From Auanema rhodensis (taxonomy: Eukaryota; Animalia; Nematoda), in NCBI GenBank assembly GCA_964057225.1, contig OZ059897.1:8370001-8434000 (forward strand): a stretch of 64,000 bases of DNA, in the 5' to 3' direction. The translations under genes were made by a program, and so were the position numbers. This document shows, piece by piece, positions 52,955 through 64,000 of the stretch; position 1 is the stretch's first letter; each line of letters begins with the position of its first letter. The notes below the pieces were generated by a model. The model made no database searches. It saw only the letters and a program-made list of their open reading frames with translations, and was not told the origin of the DNA.

Positions 52955-54677
52955 CTTAAAAAAAAATTTTGAAGAAAGTTTTAGCTTACAATTAAAAATT
53001 CAATATTTAAATTTAGTAGGATTCGTTCAAGATTCCCGTACAGTTCATCGAAAATAGGGTCGCAGATGGCTGAGGTCAAAAGATTTGGGAGCGTGCAAGT
53101 GAAAATGTCACGTACATCGGGATTTGTTGATTGAAGACATAAGGCATAGAATCAAAATAGTAGTACTTATCTGAGTACTAGCGAGCATATGATTGTAAAG
53201 GAAGCTCAACAAGTAAACCGTTTATCATTTTTCGATTATTTAGATTTGTAATCGACAACATGCAAAGGCTGCAGATTTAGAAATCACCGCTTAACTATTC
53301 TCACACAGATGGGGGATTATTTCAATGACATTTTAATTAGGAAAAAGATGTAAAGTCTGATATCGAATCTAATTTGAAGATAAGACGTACCTCTTTCAAT
53401 GGTACATTATCTGTTACCGTTGCCACAACCATGCTAAATGTTCTTTTTTAAAAATTCCTTTATAAGAAATGATAGCTTAAAACGAGATAAAAATATCGAG
53501 TATTTTGCTGAGAAATAAAATATAGATATCTACTGAATATAGGATTTATAAGTTGTGTAGCAACCGTTTTCCGAAAAAAAAAATAGAAAACAAATCTTCT
53601 CTGTAGGCTCTCTCGTTAGCAAATAAGCAATCAGAGTTCGAAAGATCAATGAGAAAATAACAATTATAATGAATGTAAAAATCATTAGAAAACCGACAAA
53701 AATAGAAAAAATGAACTGATAAAAGCTTTAGAATTTTTCTAGTTTTTAAGTTGTGAATATGTCAGCTCTTTCATCCAATTTTATGTCTGCATATTTTGCG
53801 GGGGCGATTAATCCTGCAAATCAGCGAGCAAATTACGTAACAGGTTGGAGTTTTGCATAAACATTCAGAAATTAAATATAAAACTAGTTAAAATATTATT
53901 ATATTTATCAGTATGACTCAAAATTGAAACTTTATTATACGTTTCAAACAGAGATTCACATATGATCATGGCTAAAGCGAGGGTATTGATTCTGAGTGAC
54001 TAGATGCATGAGTTTAGTTGTGATTGGATTTTAGAAAATTGTTCTATTATATATGAAATTAATAAAGTATGTAATCTCCTTTGAAAGCCCTAAATTGATT
54101 ATAAACGCTGAGAATATTCAGCAGGTTGTTTGATTTTTCAATTTGATGCTACTTTTGGTTTTTGTTTCCTTATATGAGATTTCAGCTAAGGAAAATAGCA
54201 ACAATTTGACAAAAACATTTTTTTAATATTAGTATACGACTGTCTTATCTGGTATTAATGAAAATGTTTATATGGCGCAAAGAAATAAAACATTTTATTA
54301 GAGCATACCACAAAAAAAAAAGATAAAAGAAAATAATCAAAACGAACTCCATCAACTCCATTAAAAGTTCGTTGAGCTTTTTGAAAGATAGATATCGGAA
54401 AATCTTTGTTCTAAATATTGAAACACTGACTGACGAATTTCAGATATTGAACCTCCTGCTGCGAAAGCTTCATTCATCTACAATAGCTTAAGCTAATACT
54501 GTGTTTGAACTCTCTCTAAACAACATTTCATCCACCCGAAGAGAACTTTTTTCAACCTTTAATCTTGTGCAATCATTCTTAACCGAATGTAATCAGAAAA
54601 CCCTTTGCAAAGCGGAAAAAGTTTTATAAATATCGTAATAATCTCGATTTCAAAAGCATAATTTGAAAATTCTAATT

Positions 54678-55955
54678 CTATAGACGAAGGACGAGACATT
54701 GGCATGCTCCACCACTCTTCATGAACTCGCTCATATTCACTTCAATAACCTCGAAGCCACGAGCAGCTAGAGCTGCACGGGTTTTGTCTTCAACACCAAC
54801 CGGAGAAATAACAGCGTTTCTAACAGTTATAGCATTACAGATAAATGCTTTAGCTTCTTGCTCAGAGACGGCAATTGAATTTGGCATTCGAGTTATAATC
54901 TGAATGTCATGGTTCTTGTTTATATAAAAATCTTAATATACTTCTTCCTGAGTTTTAGCACTGAATGCTGGAGGGTAATATATAGCTGTAGTTTCATCAA
55001 CTGGGCAGAAACATGTATCCAAGTGGTAAAACCTAGGATCTACAGTCTCGCAGATGACTGTTTCAAAATTCCCGATAGCTTTCAAACGATCAATAGCCTA
55101 GAAATCAAAAATTTGTTTTCAAGAGATTATTAAATTTTTGAAACCTCGAGGGAGCTTCTCTCTCCATAGCCAGCCCAAAGAGTATGAGGATCAGAGAAAA
55201 CAACGTCTCCTCCTCCTTCGAAAATGCCTTGAGAATCTTGGCCAAAGATAGTGAAGCCATTATCTTGGAACCATTTCAAATAATGCTTTTCTTCTCCAGT
55301 TCTGTAATTCAATTGAATTTGAATTAAGAAAATGGTTAAAAAATAGTTTAAAAAAATTTAGTAAGCGGCTTACCTTTCCTTGTGTCTGAACCTGCTCAAG
55401 AAAACATTTTTTCCACAAACAAGTCCACTGTTGCAAACAAAAACTTGGTCGGGCAGATCAGGTTGCTGTTCAAGCGTTAAAACCTTAAAATAATGAAACC
55501 TGATCGATATATACATGAAAGTGCACACCGGCTAATAAGGCCGTTATTAAGTTACGTGAAAGTTCACGTATAAAATAATTGCAGCGACCAATTCACGTGG
55601 AAGTTCACGTAGAGCACAGATACATGCCTGTCAACTACAGTTGACAGTTTATTTAAGCCAGTTGCATAGTTTAGAAATCAAACTCTCGGTGCGAATGTAC
55701 TCATTTGATCTTTGATCTGTAAAATTAACAAAAGTTCTCACTTCAACTCCTTGTTTAGCAATAGCATCCCTAAGAGCAGTCCACTGTTTCATAGCTAAAT
55801 TCTTGTCGACAGTTCCTCCCATCCAAGGATTAATGTTATACTGCAAATAAGATTTTTTCAATCATATAAGGAAAATAAGAGTTTACTTCAACAGTAAAAT
55901 GATCCGGTGGAACCATCAAAACTCGTTGCATAAGTGCTCCAGAAGCTTTAGACAT
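54678..55955 (-). CDS. Bacterial-type amidinotransferase/pentein enzyme, very similar to the ArgZ/AgrE arginine dihydrolase domain
   Basis: Six exons (55955-55887, 55840-55742, 55483-55374, 55301-55145, 55097-54942, 54899-54678) give ..VLMVPPDHFTVEYNINPWM..QW..LPDQVFVCNSGL..LSRFRHKERTGEE..WF..FEGGGD..LWAGYGERS..RFYHLDTCFCP..YYPPAF..FICNA..SEFMKSGGACQCLVLRL*, with an intact Glu/His/Cys catalytic set. Confidence 0.9.
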
Positions 55956-56529
55956 GTTTCAACCTGTTATAATTAAGAAACATTATTTAAATTATAAATT
56001 ATTTGTGTTTAATTAATGCGATATTTCTGAGAATGAACGAAAAAAAGAAAGAAAATCATCTAATGTTCCCAGTGCGAATGCCATGAAGGTCTCACTCGCT
56101 GAATGAACTGATAAGAAATATGTAATGATATCGTCTTATTTAATAATATACTTATAGTTATATTTTTGGAACAAAGCTAACACGTGAATAACAACATTTA
56201 CTCAAAATTCTGATGGATATATCATGCTTTTAAAAAAATATTGCCCACATATGTCCGGTGTCCAATTTCATTGAGTTAGTTGAAACAATCTAGAATTCGA
56301 TTATTTCATAAGTTCATTTGTATTTTTGTTTGTAAAATCTAACTGAAGTTCTTTCAGTTTGATAAAATCTGATATAATGACGCCATTTATATTGATTTCC
56401 TTCATTGTACATTGTACCTTCACTCATACTTTCTTACATTTTAGACAATTAAGGCATTTTTAGTGAATTTATATGAAATTCTTATTTGCTTAGCTCAAAC
56501 ATTAATAATTCATTTCGTATATATTCAGA

Positions 56530-57532
56530 ATGACAAAAGAAAAATATCAAATTGATCTTTATTATGATGTTTTTTCTCCTTATAGTTGGATAGGATTTGA
56601 GGTATGTATTGGTGCAAAACAAGACATTTCATTTTCAAAGCTTTTCCTCATGCAACTTCTGTTTTTTTTCTCTGTAAAATTATTTGTTAAGGGTCTTCTT
56701 CGATATGAAAACATTTGGCCAATAACAGTAAACTTGAAGCCATTTTGTCTAAGAGATATTATGATTGCTTCAGGTTCGTTAAAGTTTTAATGAAATTATT
56801 AGTATTCAATTAAGATTATTTAAGGTAATAAGCCACCAGCAATGGTTATGGCCAGGGGTATGTATATGCTGAAAGACTTAGCACGAAATAATGATTTCTG
56901 GGGAATTAACATCCAACCACCAGCTGTAAGTATAACATCATTTTCTTTTTTATTGTTTTAATGTTAAGAAGTTCATGTCTTGGCTTAAAAATAAGAATAC
57001 AACTACAGAACTTACACAAAAAGCTTTGATTGCTTTGCAAAAAATGGAACCAGGTTCAGTTTCGAAAAAAACCATTCAAAAATTAAAAAACGCAATTATG
57101 ATTTTAGAAAAACTTATACCAGCTTCTCGCGCATTTTGGAAACGTATGTGGACCAATGGAGAGCCAATTTTCTCTGAGACAGATATTTTGACAGTAATCT
57201 TTCAATTGAATTCTAAACTTTTTGAATTGTATTTAGGTTCTCCGTCAAGTTGGTGTTCAAAATGCGGAACTAGTTGTCAAGAGAGCACAAGAATGTCCAA
57301 AAATTGTTGAAGAGCTGAACTTCAATACTCAAAATGCAATAAACGAAGGAGTAAGTTTTTAATTAAAAAATTATCTAATTTGAATTGTAAGGCTTACGGA
57401 GCACCATGGATTGTTGTTCATAAGAATGGTGAAACTCACTCCTTCTTTGGGTCTGATCGTTTCCATCTAATCGGACAACTCGTCGGCGGACTATTTACTG
57501 ATGGGCAGCAGAAATATGCTGCAAAACTTTGA
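56530..57532 (+). CDS. Glutathione S-transferase kappa (DsbA-like fold) with a C-terminal peroxisomal AKL signal
   Basis: IDLYYDVFSPYSWIGFE, GNKPPAM, YMLKDL, RAFWKRMW, GAYGAPW, FFGSDRFH; ends ..KYAAKL*. Confidence 0.93.
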
Positions 57533-58030
57533 TAAACGCATTGTACAAACGTGAAAACATTGTATATTTTAAATTTGAATTACATAAATATTTTTATTTT
57601 TCAAAAATAATACATGTTATCAAGTGCAACTTCTGAGATCATTATGTAATGTTCGAAGTGGCTGGATGATTTGGAACAATCAATCATGAAAATACAAAAA
57701 ATTACCGGATATGAAATATGCTAAAGCTTCATAGGTTACATTTTTTGAGATTCGAATTTTTAAAAATAGCTATCAAATAATTATCAATGGAAGTCGAATA
57801 TGGAAAATATTTGCTTCTGAAACTTTTTGATTCGTTTTTTAATGAATTAAATAATTATGATTTTAAAAATAATACAATAAAATTGAAAAATCTAAGAGAA
57901 AATGACGAATCGTTTCACTATAATAACGAAAATATTATGAATTCAACAGCAAAAATAGACTTTAAATAGAGAAATTACTTTCCAGAAAATTTCCTACCAC
58001 TTCCACGAAAATTTGAAATTGAAACTTCTC

Positions 58031-62188
<4,158 letters not shown>

Positions 62189-64000
62189 TTTGCTGTCCTC
62201 TTTTCGTAACACAGTGGGAGAAGATTTCAGACATAATAGGCAGATAATCTGCAATAACTACCTGGAGCAATCTCAATAAAAAACCTCGTTATCACGTCAT
62301 AGTAGTATAACTGAAGAAGTTTTTATTATTATGTTTTAGCTAAAATCAACTACTTAGCTACTCTATGTTTATCTTGTAAAATTTAAGTTGCAATATTGAC
62401 CCTAGTCAAGCCCAAGTTCATACTTGTTCGCGCTTCTACTAACTATGCCATATTACATTTCTCCAATTCTCTTTTTCTCATTTTGCAAACGGATATAGAA
62501 GACGGTAGTGGCTTTCATTGACAAAAGTTTTGACGCAACCATATGGGAATCAAGTGTAGAGATCACTGTTGCGCCAATCTGATTTATGCATGTTTGTCCT
62601 CAGAGTTCAAATATGACCATCGTCGTTGTCTTCGTTGTAGTTTTCGTCGACGCTTTCAGTTCAAACGTCATTCCATTCATATTCTTCCCTCTCTTTCTAT
62701 CTCTTTGTCGTTCTCTTTTTCTAATTCACACTCGTTGAGTTCGTTTTGTCTCTCTTTCTCTCTCTCATTTCTTGCATTTCTTTCGCACCTTTTTCTCTCA
62801 ATTTCTTCTCTCTTACAGAAACCTTAGGAAAAAAAGAACGTCCTCGACAGTCTGAAAACTGTCTACTGTCGTAGACGTCCTTGAATTGTTATCTTTGTGG
62901 CCGATTGGTTCCCGACAACTATTGGACGGCGATTAACTCGCAGAACGGACAGTCGGATACTTCTGATATGTCTGTCTACCGTCTTCAATACTCAGCATAG
63001 AATCAGCTGTAATTATGAATCAAAACAAGATGGCCCTGATCAAGTCATCTGTAGCCAGCTTGAAGGCCAATAGAGAACTATGTACAAGAGAATAACGAAC
63101 GGAAAAGGAGAAGTAGACAAGTGATGATGATGATTCAGACAATTGACCCTTCACTCAAAACAGGCTGTTCGAAACGATCAGTATATTTTAGAGAACAATA
63201 CAACACGATCTTCAATGAAAATGCGATTTAGGATCTTATATGCCATCTTCAACATCTAAAATATGATCATTTGCCACACAAAAAAACGTTTATCCGAAAT
63301 CTTCGACCAAATACTTCAAGAAAGACCAAGTAAAAAAGTGTAGAATTAAATCAAATAAAAGGAATTAATTTTAGAAATGAATAATAAGTACTCGAAAAAT
63401 TAAGATTATCCATTTTATAAAAATGTAATCATAAATGGTTTTTTCTAATATAAAATTCAAATTAATAAATACTTAAAATTGAGCAAATAGTGAATATTTG
63501 TTGGCTAAGAAAATACAAAATACATAAACTGATGATACAGAAAAAGTTTCAATTTTTATCTCATACCAAGCTCAAGATTATAGCTATTGATATCGGGTGG
63601 ATATAGAACATAGTGCCTACAACTGCTTTTCCTATGCTCTCTTTCTCTATAATCTCTCATGTGGGCTTGTATACCTTCCAGGGCTCTCAATGCATTCTGC
63701 TGTCGTTGCCACAGAAACAGCGACGGAGAAAACGGCTGCATTGTCTGATACCAACTATATCTCATACTTTTTGTTCTGAATTTTCACTCAATCTCCACGA
63801 CATGCAGCGTACTCCAGAGAGTTACGTAGATTTCGCGTGAGCAGCAAAATACCAAAGCCATTTAGTGGCAGTTAAATGCTTTAAGCGGTTGCAAAGTTTC
63901 ACCTCATCTGATGTTATCTTTAGCTAAGTTTCTCTCACGGCCTCTCTCTATTTTTCTGTCTCTTTTCTTTCTAATATTATTATATTCCTTTTCGTTCCTC

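Noticed and set aside
63556-63840. Overlapping short ORFs near the right edge as KCNQ first exons
   Set aside because: Donor phases do not give a unique stop-free join with a start codon, so this is left unresolved.

Overview
AT-rich, intron-dense eukaryotic DNA. Cuticlins, short (~45-60 nt) introns, acceptor-like AG signals just upstream of start codons and tightly packed co-oriented genes point to a rhabditid nematode. Manual exon assembly supports about 18 protein-coding genes and one tRNA-Val(AAC). In order: a Cys-type selenoprotein-P-like protein (cut by the left edge), a PP2C-like (CG9801-type) gene, TFIIE-beta and D-2-hydroxyglutarate dehydrogenase (operon-like), a nucleoside hydrolase, an orphan gene, two tandem cuticlins, a Pro/Gln-rich protein, an orphan, MKRN2OS-like, TMEM201/samp-1, PYROXD1, RCC1, ribokinase, mucolipin, a bacterial-type amidinotransferase-fold enzyme, GST-kappa and a KCNQ1-type channel. 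The best lead is the six-exon gene at 54678-55955 (-). It matches, motif for motif, the N-terminal arginine dihydrolase domain of cyanobacterial ArgZ/AgrE, including the Asn linked to dihydrolase chemistry. This suggests a horizontally acquired one-step Arg -> ornithine + CO2 + 2 NH3 route in an animal. Other leads are very relaxed splice signals (many AAG acceptors, GTT/GTC and GC donors) and intronic TACGTG motif arrays. All calls come from reading the sequence and recalling family motifs; no searches were run. CDS coordinates are gene spans that include introns.
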